Assembly (NCBI GenBank): GCA_024613925.1
Contig: GCA_024613925.1_4713.1
Reading direction: 5' to 3' (one strand)
Source: a phage
DNA length: 64,000 bases
In this document: positions 18,771 to 29,422 of the stretch, piece after piece
How the letters are laid out: every line of letters starts with the position of its first letter
How positions within the stretch are numbered: the stretch's first letter is position 1
The notes under the pieces: generated by a model
What the model was told of the DNA's origin: nothing
The model's input: the letters and a program-made list of their open reading frames with translations, nothing else
Database searches by the model: none
Made by a program: the position numbers and the translations under genes

Positions 18771-20852
18771 ATGTTGGATAGAATCAATCGTTTAATGAAC
18801 CGAATAACGGTTAAAAATCAGAGTAACAATACCGTGCATATCGGGGGTATCGATGCCTGGCGTCTTTCAGATGACATTCAGCGAATATGGGGTACCTCCC
18901 GATTTATGAAACATATGTTTCGTAATTTCTCTTCTAGTGGACTCAGTCTCCACAACTTTTACCTTCCCGATTTCGTTTATATTCTCGAAACGATCATCGA
19001 GGCAAAGAATACTCGCAGTAATAAACGCATGCTGAAACACCTTATTGAGGTACTGCTGCAGGAAACCTGGTTGCAAAATACCACAATCGAGCAACCTGCA
19101 ATCCTCGATAAAGCACGCATGAACAAAATGCTAACGCTCTCCCTGTTCGATTATCAAGATGAGTTTATCGACATCTATAACCGTAACGTACCTAAATATC
19201 GACTGAAAGGATACGTGTGCGCGATGGGTGCGGGTGCGGGTAAAACAATCACCGCATTGGCTTTAAGCGCCGCAATGAACGTCGATGTATTTGTGGTTTG
19301 CTGTCCTAAGAACACCATGCGTTCAGCATGGCAATCCGATGTAAACAAAGCCATCGTTGACCCTGCAACAGAAACCGCGTTCTGGTCAGATACAATGCCC
19401 CCATCACAGCTGCAGAAAAGCGATAAGTATTATTTTCTGCATTACGAGTCGATGGGTTTATTAAACGAAGTAATGATCAAGCATAAACGCACAGCGAAGC
19501 GCGTGTTGATCGTGGTTGACGAAAGCCATAACTTCAACGACAAGAACAGCCAACGTTCCCAACGACTGGTTGATCTCGTACAGACGATGCGTCAGACCAT
19601 GAATGCGGATGTGCATGTCTTGTTTATGTCGGGTACGCCTGTTAAACAGATGGGTTCTGAGATGATCCCCTGTTTAGGTTGTATCGACCCGATGTTCCAA
19701 GGACAGGTGGTCGATAGCTTCAAAGCAATTTACGGTTTAACCAGCAGTCGCGCTAACGATATCCTCAGACATCGTCTTGGGTTCATGATGCATGTCGTAC
19801 CTAAAGAGGCTTACCGTAAAACCCGTCCGGAAGTTCAGGATGTTTACGTGAAGCTTCCTAACGGTAGCGATTATACCATCTCGAGCATTCGTGACGATAT
19901 GGCGATATTTGTACGCGATCGGGCGAAGTATTACAAGGATAACTGGGGGCATTACAGAAAGATTTTTGATGACGCGTTGGACTACTATCGCAAGACTATT
20001 CGTACCGATGGTGAACGTAAAGAGCTATCTCGATACGAATCGATTGTTGCTCGTTTCCAGAAAGGTTACGACCCCGTCAGAGACAAAGAAGATGCGATGT
20101 TCTGCAACACGTTTGAAAAACGAGCGATCATGCCGGTTCTTCCTTCCGATTTAAGGGTTGCTTTCAAAGACGCCAAGAGCGTCATCAAGTACGTTGGGTT
20201 GAAAATTCAGGGTGAAGCGTTGGCGCGTGTTCTAGGTGCAGCCCGCATTCGGTGTCATGTCGACATGGTGGAATACATCGACTTCGAAGGGTACATCAAC
20301 AACGCTGAAGCCAAGGTGTTGATCTTCACGTCGTATGTTCAGGTGGTTGAGCGCGTCGACAACCTGCTTCGTGATGCGGGTTTCTTACCTGAACCCATTT
20401 ACGGGAAGACCAACAAGAACATCAACCAGATACTTGTTCGTCTACGGGACGATCCTGACAGCGGTCCCGCTATCGCAACATTTGATAGCTTAGCTGAAGG
20501 GGTTCCGATGCTGATGTGTAATGTGGGTCTTTTCCTGAACAACCCGTGGCGTTCGTCCGATGAAATCCAAGCCATCAGCCGTCTCGATCGTGTAGGGCAA
20601 ACGCAACCTGTTCGGATTTATCGTTTCATGTTGGATACAGGAAGCGAGGGTAACGTTTCTACACGTAGCCACGAAATCATGGAGTTAAGTCGGCAGCTTG
20701 TTGAAGAAATCACGGGTGTCAAATACGTGGTGAACAAGCAAGACGATGTTAACTTGCAAGAAACGTTGGCGATGGAAGGATACGATCAATACGTTACCGT
20801 AAACACCACGGAATACGATATTAAACCGCGACCTGCGTTCTTGGAATGGTAA
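18771..20852 (+). CDS. SNF2-family (SF2) helicase/ATPase
   Basis: Walker A GAGAGKT, DESH box (VVDESHNF), SGTP, C-terminal Q..R..R.GQ motifs. Track ORF starts 18723; start moved to Met 18771 to clear the upstream hairpin. Confidence 0.65.
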   Translation: MLDRINRLMNRITVKNQSNNTVHIGGIDAWRLSDDIQRIWGTSRFMKHMFRNFSSSGLSLHNFYLPDFVYILETIIEAKNTRSNKRMLKHLIEVLLQETWLQNTTIEQPAILDKARMNKMLTLSLFDYQDEFIDIYNRNVPKYRLKGYVCAMGAGAGKTITALALSAAMNVDVFVVCCPKNTMRSAWQSDVNKAIVDPATETAFWSDTMPPSQLQKSDKYYFLHYESMGLLNEVMIKHKRTAKRVLIVVDESHNFNDKNSQRSQRLVDLVQTMRQTMNADVHVLFMSGTPVKQMGSEMIPCLGCIDPMFQGQVVDSFKAIYGLTSSRANDILRHRLGFMMHVVPKEAYRKTRPEVQDVYVKLPNGSDYTISSIRDDMAIFVRDRAKYYKDNWGHYRKIFDDALDYYRKTIRTDGERKELSRYESIVARFQKGYDPVRDKEDAMFCNTFEKRAIMPVLPSDLRVAFKDAKSVIKYVGLKIQGEALARVLGAARIRCHVDMVEYIDFEGYINNAEAKVLIFTSYVQVVERVDNLLRDAGFLPEPIYGKTNKNINQILVRLRDDPDSGPAIATFDSLAEGVPMLMCNVGLFLNNPWRSSDEIQAISRLDRVGQTQPVRIYRFMLDTGSEGNVSTRSHEIMELSRQLVEEITGVKYVVNKQDDVNLQETLAMEGYDQYVTVNTTEYDIKPRPAFLEW

Positions 20853-20859
20853 TTAAGAA

Positions 20860-20883
20860 GCTCTGCCTGATGTCAGGCAGAGC
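20860..20883 (+). terminator. hairpin ctctgcctg / caggcagag after helicase gene
   Basis: 9-10-bp stem 8 nt after stop, followed by TTTATG. Confidence 0.5.
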
Positions 20884-20912
20884 TTTATGCTGCGTTCGCT
20901 GCAAAATCGTAT

Positions 20913-20926
20913 GACGTATATACGTC
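20913..20926. promoter_or_regulatory. perfect 14-bp palindrome GACGTATATACGTC upstream of DUF285 gene
   Basis: Read directly; about 30 nt upstream of ATG 20953. Confidence 0.3.
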
Positions 20927-20952
20927 GTAATTATTAAAATAGGGCAGAATAC

Positions 20953-22410
20953 ATGAAACTCAAACAAAGCTGGAAAGACGAACTTCTCGCGTTAGTAAAT
21001 AGCAAAAACGGTTTACAGCTGACATTAGCCGACGTAAAATTTGAACTAACTGAACCGGTAAGCGAAGTGCCCGGAACGGTTGTTGTTACGATCAAACCGA
21101 ACGATAATAGCCGTTACTTTAACGAGCAGTCTCTGACCTACATCCGTCGAGACATCGCTAAAAACTTCACCGGGATCCCGTTACGGGTTATCGTTAAAAA
21201 TGATACTGCTGTACGGGATATCATCAACACGATCGCCGAACGTTACGGATTAGTATTTGACACAACCGTCGACTTCCTCGAATCCGAGCTGAATAAACAA
21301 ATTACGTTCGAAGACACCGGTATTAAAGACATTACGGTTCCGGTTGCAAACACGTCTTATGTTTGGGCTGGTAATCTTCAGTTCAATATCGCTAACGATA
21401 CGTTGAGCTTGATTACAATCATCAAGCAAACCAATCTTACGAATCTGGTTTATCTGGATGGTGTTGAAGCTGACACATCGGGTTCGTTACTATTAGCGAC
21501 GGCCTCGATTATTGACGATACCGGAAATACCGAAGCGGCTGAAGGTATCCTTGACGCCGCGTACTTCCAGAATGTCCTGAACGTCATGGTTCGTTATGGT
21601 GATATTACCAGCGAACAAATGCAACAAGCAATGCAGACAATTAACCAAAGCGAAGACGCACGTAAAGTAGTGACGAGGTCATACGGTGACGTCGAATTAC
21701 TGGTAACCGCCAAGAAAGATTGGGTTATCGGTAGCCTTAAGGGTGTTATGGCTGTTGTTCGCGTTCTACCTAAACCAATCCAATACGTTTTTAAAACAAA
21801 AGGCGGCAGCGTTGCAATGTCATTAGCAGGTTGGAAAAATGTTTCCATCGATTGGGGTGATGGGACTAAGACGACGGAGACCGCCAGCAATAATGAATAT
21901 CGGCACTACTATGCGGACGGTGACACTACAGAACGTACGGTCGTCGCTACGGGTACTCCCTCCATAATCGTCGATACATCCGCAATGCATGGCTTCATTG
22001 GTGAAAACATCACTGAAATCGTTGACTGGAACAACGGATTACCTTACGCCCCAGTATACCTTTCGAGGTACAATTTAATTAAGGTTCCCGATTATATCCC
22101 GTCATATTGGACATCGTTAAATGGTATGTTTATGCAATGCCGCGCTCTTAACGACGTGAACATCACCAAATGGAACACCAGCAACATTACTTCAATGGAT
22201 AACCTCTTCTACAATTGCGCTGCGTTCAATCAGCCGATCGGTTCGTGGGATGTTTCGTCTGTTAAGAGTGTAAACAATATGTTGTCTGGGTGCTCCGCGT
22301 TCAATCAGGATCTGAGTGGTTGGACATTCCCGGCAGGCACTTCACACATCGACTACGACAACACTACCCACGCATGGCAGTCCGATTACAAACCACACTT
22401 CACCGAGTAA
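20953..22410 (+). CDS. DUF285-type repeat protein (BspA-like)
   Basis: 485 aa; C-terminal repeats NLFYNCAAFNQPIGSWDVSSVKSVNNMLSGCSAFNQDLSGW match the DUF285 F-N-Q-(D/P)-I-x-x-W-D-V-S pattern from memory. Confidence 0.55.
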   Translation: MKLKQSWKDELLALVNSKNGLQLTLADVKFELTEPVSEVPGTVVVTIKPNDNSRYFNEQSLTYIRRDIAKNFTGIPLRVIVKNDTAVRDIINTIAERYGLVFDTTVDFLESELNKQITFEDTGIKDITVPVANTSYVWAGNLQFNIANDTLSLITIIKQTNLTNLVYLDGVEADTSGSLLLATASIIDDTGNTEAAEGILDAAYFQNVLNVMVRYGDITSEQMQQAMQTINQSEDARKVVTRSYGDVELLVTAKKDWVIGSLKGVMAVVRVLPKPIQYVFKTKGGSVAMSLAGWKNVSIDWGDGTKTTETASNNEYRHYYADGDTTERTVVATGTPSIIVDTSAMHGFIGENITEIVDWNNGLPYAPVYLSRYNLIKVPDYIPSYWTSLNGMFMQCRALNDVNITKWNTSNITSMDNLFYNCAAFNQPIGSWDVSSVKSVNNMLSGCSAFNQDLSGWTFPAGTSHIDYDNTTHAWQSDYKPHFTE

Positions 22411-22431
22411 AAAAAAAAATAGTTAGCACAT

Positions 22432-22464
22432 CTTCCTCCCTACCCATAACGGGCGGGGAGGAAG
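22432..22464. terminator. hairpin cttcctccc / gggaggaag between convergent genes
   Basis: 9-bp stem; preceded by an A11 run (22409..22419) immediately after the DUF285 stop. Confidence 0.5.
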
Positions 22465-22481
22465 GTTTATGTCAATTTAAT

Positions 22482-22820
22482 TTAGAACCAGAGTTCTTTC
22501 ATGAGATAGGCTTCCATATCGTAGATAAGCCATTCGTCAGGGATTTCTAAAGGATCGTCTTCGGTTAAGGTCAGCATGTGCAGAGCGAACGCACGCTTAA
22601 TATCGTTCAGCAGTTTCTCGTCGTCGTAACCTTCGGGTAGTTTACGGTCAACCAGCTGGGTTTGTTTATAGACGTCGCGGAACGCTTCAGGGCTGTGTTT
22701 ATCCATCGGGAATTGTTCAGCAGCCTGAACCATCGAAAGCGTCCAGCTTACAACATTGTAACGCTCACCGTTAATTTCACTGAACTGATCATCGATTAAA
22801 CAGATTTGTTGTACGTTCAT
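22482..22820 (-). CDS. hypothetical protein
   Basis: 112-aa ORF. Confidence 0.5.
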   Translation of the reverse strand: MNVQQICLIDDQFSEINGERYNVVSWTLSMVQAAEQFPMDKHSPEAFRDVYKQTQLVDRKLPEGYDDEKLLNDIKRAFALHMLTLTEDDPLEIPDEWLIYDMEAYLMKELWF

Positions 22821-23710
22821 TCATTTTCTCCATTCTTATCTTGGTCGCAATCACACTCTTCGATGTCTTTCTTACTTAAACGTAAGACACTGAGTGCAGC
22901 ATGCTTAAGTTCTTGCAACGCGCTTTTCAGCTGACCTTCTTCATCGAAATCAAAATACTTCTCGTTGTAGCTTAACGCTGGAATCATATTTACGAGAGGT
23001 TCGATGGCGGGCATCAGCATTTCAATGACGACCTTAGGATCAACAAAGCGATCGAACCCTTCAGGAAGTTTGCTCGCTACAACCTTATCGTTTTTGATGT
23101 AGAATTTGTTCTTGAACAAATCGTCAAGAATAGCATTCTCTTCATCCGTACGTTTTGCGTAAGGACGATCGATCATCTGCACAAACACACCGCTCAACGC
23201 TTCAGGCAACGTCGGATTTTCACGAAGATAAGTTCCAGCCGGAATTTCAATATCGATCTTCGTCCACTCAACAACCTGATGGTCTCGCGTATAGATGACG
23301 TCAACTTCCCATGCCAGGCCATCAGCGCTTTCTACGGTGTAACGTGTTTTCGCCTGTCCTTCAGGAGCCATGCGTTCGATCGCGTCAAACATCTCGACTG
23401 GAATTTCGACTTCGCTTTCCGTTGCGTCACCTGGACCACGATACACCTTCGTGGTCATGATGTATTTCGGTTCTTCGTTATCGATCTGTATCGCACGTGC
23501 TCGTACTTGACCTTTCACACCACCAACAGCCGTGTTATCAAACAACCATTGATGTTGCACCATATGTTCGATTTTTGATGCGACTTGACGAAGACGTTCA
23601 ACACCGTCTTCAGCCAGTTTGCCAAAGAAGACCAGCTCACGTTCCTGCTGTGTCTCACCACTTAACATCATTAAATTGGCGATTTGTTTCACGCCTCTTA
23701 CTTGTGACAT
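22817..23710 (-). CDS. hypothetical protein
   Basis: 297-aa ORF. Confidence 0.55.
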   Translation of the reverse strand: MSQVRGVKQIANLMMLSGETQQERELVFFGKLAEDGVERLRQVASKIEHMVQHQWLFDNTAVGGVKGQVRARAIQIDNEEPKYIMTTKVYRGPGDATESEVEIPVEMFDAIERMAPEGQAKTRYTVESADGLAWEVDVIYTRDHQVVEWTKIDIEIPAGTYLRENPTLPEALSGVFVQMIDRPYAKRTDEENAILDDLFKNKFYIKNDKVVASKLPEGFDRFVDPKVVIEMLMPAIEPLVNMIPALSYNEKYFDFDEEGQLKSALQELKHAALSVLRLSKKDIEECDCDQDKNGENE

Positions 23711-23779
23711 ACATGCTCCGGTTATAAGGGCCTACATCGAGGCCCCTCATTGATTTTTTGATTCCATCAAACGCTATCG

Positions 23780-25354
23780 TTACAATTCAAAATCTTCATC
23801 GATAACGCGCTGGGTAAGCACTTTGTCGCTGAAGAACTCCACCTTGCGCTGATGGTATTTACGGTGCGCTTCAATAGAAGTACATACCAGATACCAGAAC
23901 GTTGGTGTCATTCCTTCAAACTTCCCTTTCAGCTGACGCAGTCGCCCCAACACCTGAATGTTACCGGTTCGTGACCCCATCGCTAATGTCATGAACGTCA
24001 TCACCAAGTCAGGAAGGTCGATACCTGTACCTGCCGATTTCACGGTTGTAACGCTGATATCGTTATCCAACAAGACCATGAAATCTTCTTCAGCAGTATA
24101 AGGACCAATCTCTAACTCAGGAATACGTTCACTGAGATAATGCGATAACGACTTACACATATCAACGGTTGCACAATACACCAGCATCTTCATACCTTCC
24201 TGATACTGGTTCATGAAACCTTTGATGATAACCGTATAGATAAAGTTGAAATAGGCGAGTTTGAGTTGCTTGTTCTTCATGATAGACTGTTCGAATATCG
24301 TGTGAGAATAAGAACCCCCAAACCCTTTGTATCTGACTTTATCTGTACTGCGTAGTCGATACGTCACGGCATTTACCGCAATGTATTTCTTGTATTCGCA
24401 TTTCGCATAACGCGCTTCTTTCGGATACATCAAATACAACATCCGCTCGATGAACGGATCGTCAGACACCGCTGTTGCCGACAGATAGATGATTTCCGGA
24501 ATATTTGCATAGCACTTCACTTTGAACAAGAAATGCAAGGCTTCATGGCATTCATCGTGGATCAACAACCCAATACCTGTTTTCTCCCAGAACTCGGCGG
24601 GATGGAAAACATAAGGTGCGACACAATTGTTCTTTTCATAATCGGTTATGTATCTCTGAAACATGTTCAGCGAGAATAACGCAATTTTGAAATCCAGCTC
24701 ACCTTGTTCCACCAACGTCTGGAATTCCAGCATGCTGTAACGAGGAATGTCTGGATGCGGTGGGTCAGATTGGGCTGTACCGCGTATCTCGATAACATCG
24801 CCTGGTTCCATACCGAAGAAACTTAGCAACGAGCTGCGCCATCCAGGCATGTATCTCGGTGACAGAATAATGCCCGTCCGTACACCACGTCGGAAGGTGA
24901 TCTCCTGCGACATGGCTGTTTTACCACTGCCCGTGCCTGCGGTGTTTAGGCTCATTCTGAAGGGGGTATCCTTACCCCCATCCATGTACTCCAACCATTC
25001 TTGCTGATCTTCGCGCCACGGGAACTTCCATTTCTTTACGAACTCCACTTCCTTACCTGGCACCGGATCGTGATAAACGATTTCCAACCACTCTTTTCGG
25101 ATTCCTCGAGAGAAGATAAAATCCAAAAACGATTTCAACTGTTCACGGAGTAAGTATACCTCGCTATAATCGCTTCTTGCCGCGGCATACGTGTTTATGG
25201 TATCGGTAACCATTCTCCGTGTACGAGGGTCACGTCGTTTCCTCAGATGCAAACAACGGTCTCGAAGGTAATGGCCGATAAGATGGGCAAATCGAAGTCC
25301 GTATCCGCTCAGCCTCATGCCATGCGAGAAGACGTCGATACGAGCTAACTTCAT
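23780..25354 (-). CDS. SF2 DExH-box helicase-like protein
   Basis: 524 aa; Walker A GTGSGKT, DExH (LIHDECHE), motif III LSAT. Confidence 0.6.
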   Translation of the reverse strand: MKLARIDVFSHGMRLSGYGLRFAHLIGHYLRDRCLHLRKRRDPRTRRMVTDTINTYAAARSDYSEVYLLREQLKSFLDFIFSRGIRKEWLEIVYHDPVPGKEVEFVKKWKFPWREDQQEWLEYMDGGKDTPFRMSLNTAGTGSGKTAMSQEITFRRGVRTGIILSPRYMPGWRSSLLSFFGMEPGDVIEIRGTAQSDPPHPDIPRYSMLEFQTLVEQGELDFKIALFSLNMFQRYITDYEKNNCVAPYVFHPAEFWEKTGIGLLIHDECHEALHFLFKVKCYANIPEIIYLSATAVSDDPFIERMLYLMYPKEARYAKCEYKKYIAVNAVTYRLRSTDKVRYKGFGGSYSHTIFEQSIMKNKQLKLAYFNFIYTVIIKGFMNQYQEGMKMLVYCATVDMCKSLSHYLSERIPELEIGPYTAEEDFMVLLDNDISVTTVKSAGTGIDLPDLVMTFMTLAMGSRTGNIQVLGRLRQLKGKFEGMTPTFWYLVCTSIEAHRKYHQRKVEFFSDKVLTQRVIDEDFEL

Positions 25355-27357
25355 AACGTGATTACATCCTCCGGTTTAGGTTCTTTACGCGGTAACAGCA
25401 TGTAGTCGATCGGATGATCCGGCTTCATGGTTGGGATATAACTGTTCGGGTTTTGGAACGCATCCAGCTGCTCTTGGTGAGCGAACTTCATACTCAAGGA
25501 GCGCATGTTCATGTTCTTCTTGAAGGTACTGAAGTATCGTGTTGTTCCCTGTTTCGGCATGCGATAATCTTTCGTGTGTGGCGAACGAATCATGCTGGCG
25601 TAGAGAATAACATCGAGATGCGAAAGGTTCATTCGCAGACGCTGGGCACACAGACGATGCCAATAGTACAGCACGTTTGCAACTTCCTCCGGTGTTGCTT
25701 CGTCTTCCGAGAGGAATCCGGCACTGAAAGAACATTTCCCGAATTTGAACTCACGTTCGATTTCTTTTGCGTACTCCATCATGTTTTTGTGGATTAACGG
25801 CATCTGGAATAACGTACGTGAATTGTCCCAGTGTTTCAAGTCGAAAATCACAATCCCGTCAGACGTCACTTCCCAGCTATGGCGTTTGAGGTAACGGATA
25901 AACGCTTTACTCGGTACAACAGGACGACCACAGAAATCGAAATTGACTTTGAGCTTACGATAGCTTTCATCTTTCCTGTCGTAAATCTCCATATCGCAAA
26001 GCGTCATGTTAAACAGACGTTGCGGTATCAGCGAACTGATTTCTTCCGCTTCCGCTACGTCATACAACATGTTCGCAAGACCTAACTTCATCTTAATCAA
26101 CACGTGTTTACCTTTCAGCTCACGTGCGAGTTTGATGTCGTTCATGTTCTGGCTGTAGCGAAGGATATGTTGATATTCCGGTGGGATTGGTGCTGTGGAT
26201 ACCGTTGACGAACCATCGTGATGTTTGGTAGAAAGAATGTTCTGCGTTACCTGTTGCGAACAGGTACGTGCTGCACCATCACCGACATTATCAGTCAATG
26301 CGAAGTTATGACTTAATTCACCGTAACACGTCGTACATACCCCAGCAGGATCGGGATGATGACAATAGTTAACGGAGCGCATGCGTACCGTCGTACCAAT
26401 CAATTCTTTCATGTGTGGCTGTATCGCTACCAACGAACCGTCATCACGAATAATGAATCGACCGTGGAAGCCACGCAGGTCGGTCTCATCACGGATTGGC
26501 ATCGGGATGGTCTCTTTACTACCACAATCACCAGGATGGAGTCGCTGTACAACCGCCGTCGCTATCTGAAGTTCACGACCGAAATATTCAGACTTTTTAA
26601 TCTGCTCTTTGTTGAACAGCAACGATTTCGCCGCAGAACGACTTTCTTTCAAGCTGTCAGGAAGAGAGATCAAACCGGCTGCATACGACCGCATTACCGG
26701 ATCGCGGAATATCTCGGAGTTAATATCGGTCAAGAATCCACGCATCCCAATACACTGCAGCACCTGCCCAATCGAAACGTGTTCGGTTCTTACCGCACGT
26801 GCAATAGGGTTTGCATGTAGCGTTTTATCGGTGCTCAGTACCTTCGTCAGTTTCTTGTATGCGCTTTCAATGCCTTCGCGGGTGGGTTCCGCTTCGGCGA
26901 TGATTTTCTTAACTTCGGGATGTACGGTAATCTGATAAAAATCGTCCGCGCAAATCGTTGTTACGTATTCCTCCAACGCATACGTAAAGAAGTTATATAC
27001 ATTGTTAAACATATCGAACAATGCTTTCCAGAGAACCTCACGATTCTCTTGCGGATAAGCATACATGCATTGACGATACGCGGCGCTTTGCAACGCAACC
27101 GATGAACCCGCTGTGAACTTGCGTTTATCAACCAGGTTCTCTTTTGTCAGTGGGGTCTCAGGATACATGCGATGCACAGACCAGTGCATGTAACTAAAGA
27201 AAATGCGTCGCGCACGCAATTCATGAACGCCATCGTCCATCTCGATATACACACGGTCATTAGGCTGTGCCCACTCGAACACCTCATCAACCGGCCAATG
27301 CATAAGCTCGCGTGCCCTCACACGACGTTTCGTGGTGGTTGTCTGTGTTGTAATCAT
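25351..27357 (-). CDS. RNA polymerase beta-prime, C-terminal fragment
   Basis: 668 aa; MRSVNYCHHPDPAGVCTTCYGELSH resembles E. coli beta-prime VRSVVSCDTDFGVCAHCYG; also DS...SAAK and IGMRGF (cf. DSGARGSAAQ, AGMRGL). Alignment is by eye from memory. Confidence 0.65.
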   Translation of the reverse strand: MITTQTTTTKRRVRARELMHWPVDEVFEWAQPNDRVYIEMDDGVHELRARRIFFSYMHWSVHRMYPETPLTKENLVDKRKFTAGSSVALQSAAYRQCMYAYPQENREVLWKALFDMFNNVYNFFTYALEEYVTTICADDFYQITVHPEVKKIIAEAEPTREGIESAYKKLTKVLSTDKTLHANPIARAVRTEHVSIGQVLQCIGMRGFLTDINSEIFRDPVMRSYAAGLISLPDSLKESRSAAKSLLFNKEQIKKSEYFGRELQIATAVVQRLHPGDCGSKETIPMPIRDETDLRGFHGRFIIRDDGSLVAIQPHMKELIGTTVRMRSVNYCHHPDPAGVCTTCYGELSHNFALTDNVGDGAARTCSQQVTQNILSTKHHDGSSTVSTAPIPPEYQHILRYSQNMNDIKLARELKGKHVLIKMKLGLANMLYDVAEAEEISSLIPQRLFNMTLCDMEIYDRKDESYRKLKVNFDFCGRPVVPSKAFIRYLKRHSWEVTSDGIVIFDLKHWDNSRTLFQMPLIHKNMMEYAKEIEREFKFGKCSFSAGFLSEDEATPEEVANVLYYWHRLCAQRLRMNLSHLDVILYASMIRSPHTKDYRMPKQGTTRYFSTFKKNMNMRSLSMKFAHQEQLDAFQNPNSYIPTMKPDHPIDYMLLPRKEPKPEDVITL

Positions 27358-27502
27358 TATTACTTTCCGATTTAAATGGTTTTATCATACGGTTTACCAA
27401 TTCCGTTGGAATTTACTATCATCATGATAGCATCGGGAATCCCTTCTCTTAGGTTATGTAGGTGTTAATATATCTCCACTACCGGAGTAAAAGTCGGCAA
27501 CA

Positions 27503-27988
27503 TTACCCGGCTTTCTGTCGTAGAGCGTACGGATCCATAGCGTCTGATATATCCGAAACAACCGTGAGAATGAAGCCCTTTATCTGTCTCACTTCGGTCA
27601 CACGCAATCCTTTATCGTTACGATATACGTTTTCTTCACCAACCAACTTTGGTCGGATAACATAAACGCCATCAACAAACGGGAATGTCGAATACGGATA
27701 AACACCAATAGAAATGATGTTTGGATAATCGCCTCGAAGGTCACGTCCGAACTTATCGACTCGACCATAAATCGTTCCATCCGCACCCTCCACTTCAATG
27801 AGGTCGTTACGAATATCCTGAAATAGCTGTTCTAAGGTGTCGACAGGATACGTATATGCGACGCCTAACGCAGGATCCTCGATCGTTTTGACATTGAATC
27901 CGTTAAGCCAAACAATCCGTTCATTCGCCCATGTTTCTTCATATACCGTTAACCCATCGCCGTATATGTTGGCGTGTACTATCTCCAT
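27503..27988 (-). CDS. hypothetical protein
   Basis: 161-aa ORF. Confidence 0.5.
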   Translation of the reverse strand: MEIVHANIYGDGLTVYEETWANERIVWLNGFNVKTIEDPALGVAYTYPVDTLEQLFQDIRNDLIEVEGADGTIYGRVDKFGRDLRGDYPNIISIGVYPYSTFPFVDGVYVIRPKLVGEENVYRNDKGLRVTEVRQIKGFILTVVSDISDAMDPYALRQKAG

Positions 27989-28102
27989 AATCTCATTTCC
28001 TCTTCTACGTAGAAATAGATGACATGTTGGATATACGTTGCCTTTGCATATATTGCTTTATTTCCGTCAGAAATAACGGAAAATAAAAACAACGACATAA
28101 TT

Positions 28103-28132
28103 CCCTCCCACCTCCACATGGGAGAGGGAGGG
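28103..28132 (-). terminator. hairpin ccctccc / gggaggg (imperfect)
   Basis: After stop of 28146..28508. Confidence 0.4.
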
Positions 28133-28145
28133 TTATTCGTGTTTA

Positions 28146-28508
28146 TTATTCTACGCTGTCTTCTTCCGTATCGTCCTCTTCAGAACCATCGAATGTTTTC
28201 ATTGTGACGGTGGTATCCCAGTTAGCTGCGTAATCGGCCATCGCTTCACGCAATGCTTCTTCACCAGCATCACCAGCCAGGTCAAGTACAACCAAACCCT
28301 GTGCGACGTTTTGAGCAACGGTATCAATAACGGTTGCATCTTCTTCAAAACTACGTACGGGTTCAATGGTACCTACATCAACAGCGTAGTTCGTGGTTGC
28401 TGTAAACACGGCGACTTGTAGCGCATTGCTATCTTCATCATGCAGTGCTGCTTCAATACCGATTGGACGAGCCAGTTCTTGCAGTGTTAATTTGCGAATT
28501 AAGTTCAT
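28146..28508 (-). CDS. hypothetical acidic protein
   Basis: 120 aa, strongly acidic (ends ...DGSEEDDTEEDSVE). Confidence 0.5.
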   Translation of the reverse strand: MNLIRKLTLQELARPIGIEAALHDEDSNALQVAVFTATTNYAVDVGTIEPVRSFEEDATVIDTVAQNVAQGLVVLDLAGDAGEEALREAMADYAANWDTTVTMKTFDGSEEDDTEEDSVE

Positions 28509-28530
28509 TATGTTTTTCCTCAGGTGAATG

Positions 28531-28881
28531 TTAGCAATCGTTTAAAACTTTTTCGATACGATGGTTGACGAATTCATTGAACGACTCTTCGGCTTGTTCG
28601 ATAATTTCATCAACATCGATATCTAATTGTTGGGGTTGGATAACATGCTCTTTCATGGTTTCCAGCCAGTATTCAGCTTTAACCATAACGTTAGCGACGT
28701 GTTCGACCTGGCTGCGTATGTCGACGATCTGGCAATCAGGATTGTTAATATCGATGATGTGTCCGTGGTGTTTGATAAACCCTAACTTATTCGACGCCCT
28801 TACCGCATCGCGGGCAAGGTCTTGCAAGATTAAATTATTGACGTAGTTCACTGCTATGGAACGATTTTCTTTATCACTCAT
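28531..28881 (-). CDS. hypothetical protein
   Basis: 116-aa ORF. Confidence 0.5.
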   Translation of the reverse strand: MSDKENRSIAVNYVNNLILQDLARDAVRASNKLGFIKHHGHIIDINNPDCQIVDIRSQVEHVANVMVKAEYWLETMKEHVIQPQQLDIDVDEIIEQAEESFNEFVNHRIEKVLNDC

Positions 28882-28960
28882 ACCAGGGATCCTCTTTTAA
28901 GTGTTCACATTCTAGTGTTAAGCAGTTAAAATAAACCGTCCCTTTAATCAGCATAAACAT

Positions 28961-28989
28961 CCTCCTCCCACCACATGGGCAGGAGGAGG
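28961..28989 (-). terminator. hairpin cctcctcc / ggaggagg
   Basis: 8-bp stem, 13-nt loop, after stop of 29001..29411. Confidence 0.45.
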
Positions 28990-29000
28990 CGTAATATGCA

Positions 29001-29411
29001 TCAGAAAGGAGGACGATCTTTAAATTCTAGCAATGTATCTTCGAAGCAAGCGATAAGTTCAGACTGCAATTCGGTACGGCCTTGTTCACCGAAGAGTTCC
29101 AGCAACATTAACCCCCGAGCGGTCTTCGTAGCAACCTCTTCGCAGATGCGGAGATCGCGAACTTCATCATCGCCGACATCTTTACGTAACTGCGCTGCAA
29201 TGGGCTTAAGATTGCCGTTTTCATCGTGTTCGTCACGAAATGCATCATAAGCCGCATCGATGTTCGCGATCCGTGTCAATCCTTCAGAATCCCGCCAGTC
29301 TCGATATAATCCAAGCAGACGGTTATGATTCTTCGTTTTGACGTTCGGTGCTGGAAGGTTGCGCAACAGATGTGGTGTAATCATTGCTATCACGCTATCC
29401 GAATGATCCAT
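29001..29411 (-). CDS. hypothetical protein
   Basis: 136-aa ORF. Confidence 0.5.
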   Translation of the reverse strand: MDHSDSVIAMITPHLLRNLPAPNVKTKNHNRLLGLYRDWRDSEGLTRIANIDAAYDAFRDEHDENGNLKPIAAQLRKDVGDDEVRDLRICEEVATKTARGLMLLELFGEQGRTELQSELIACFEDTLLEFKDRPPF

Positions 29412-29422
29412 CGTATACCTCG

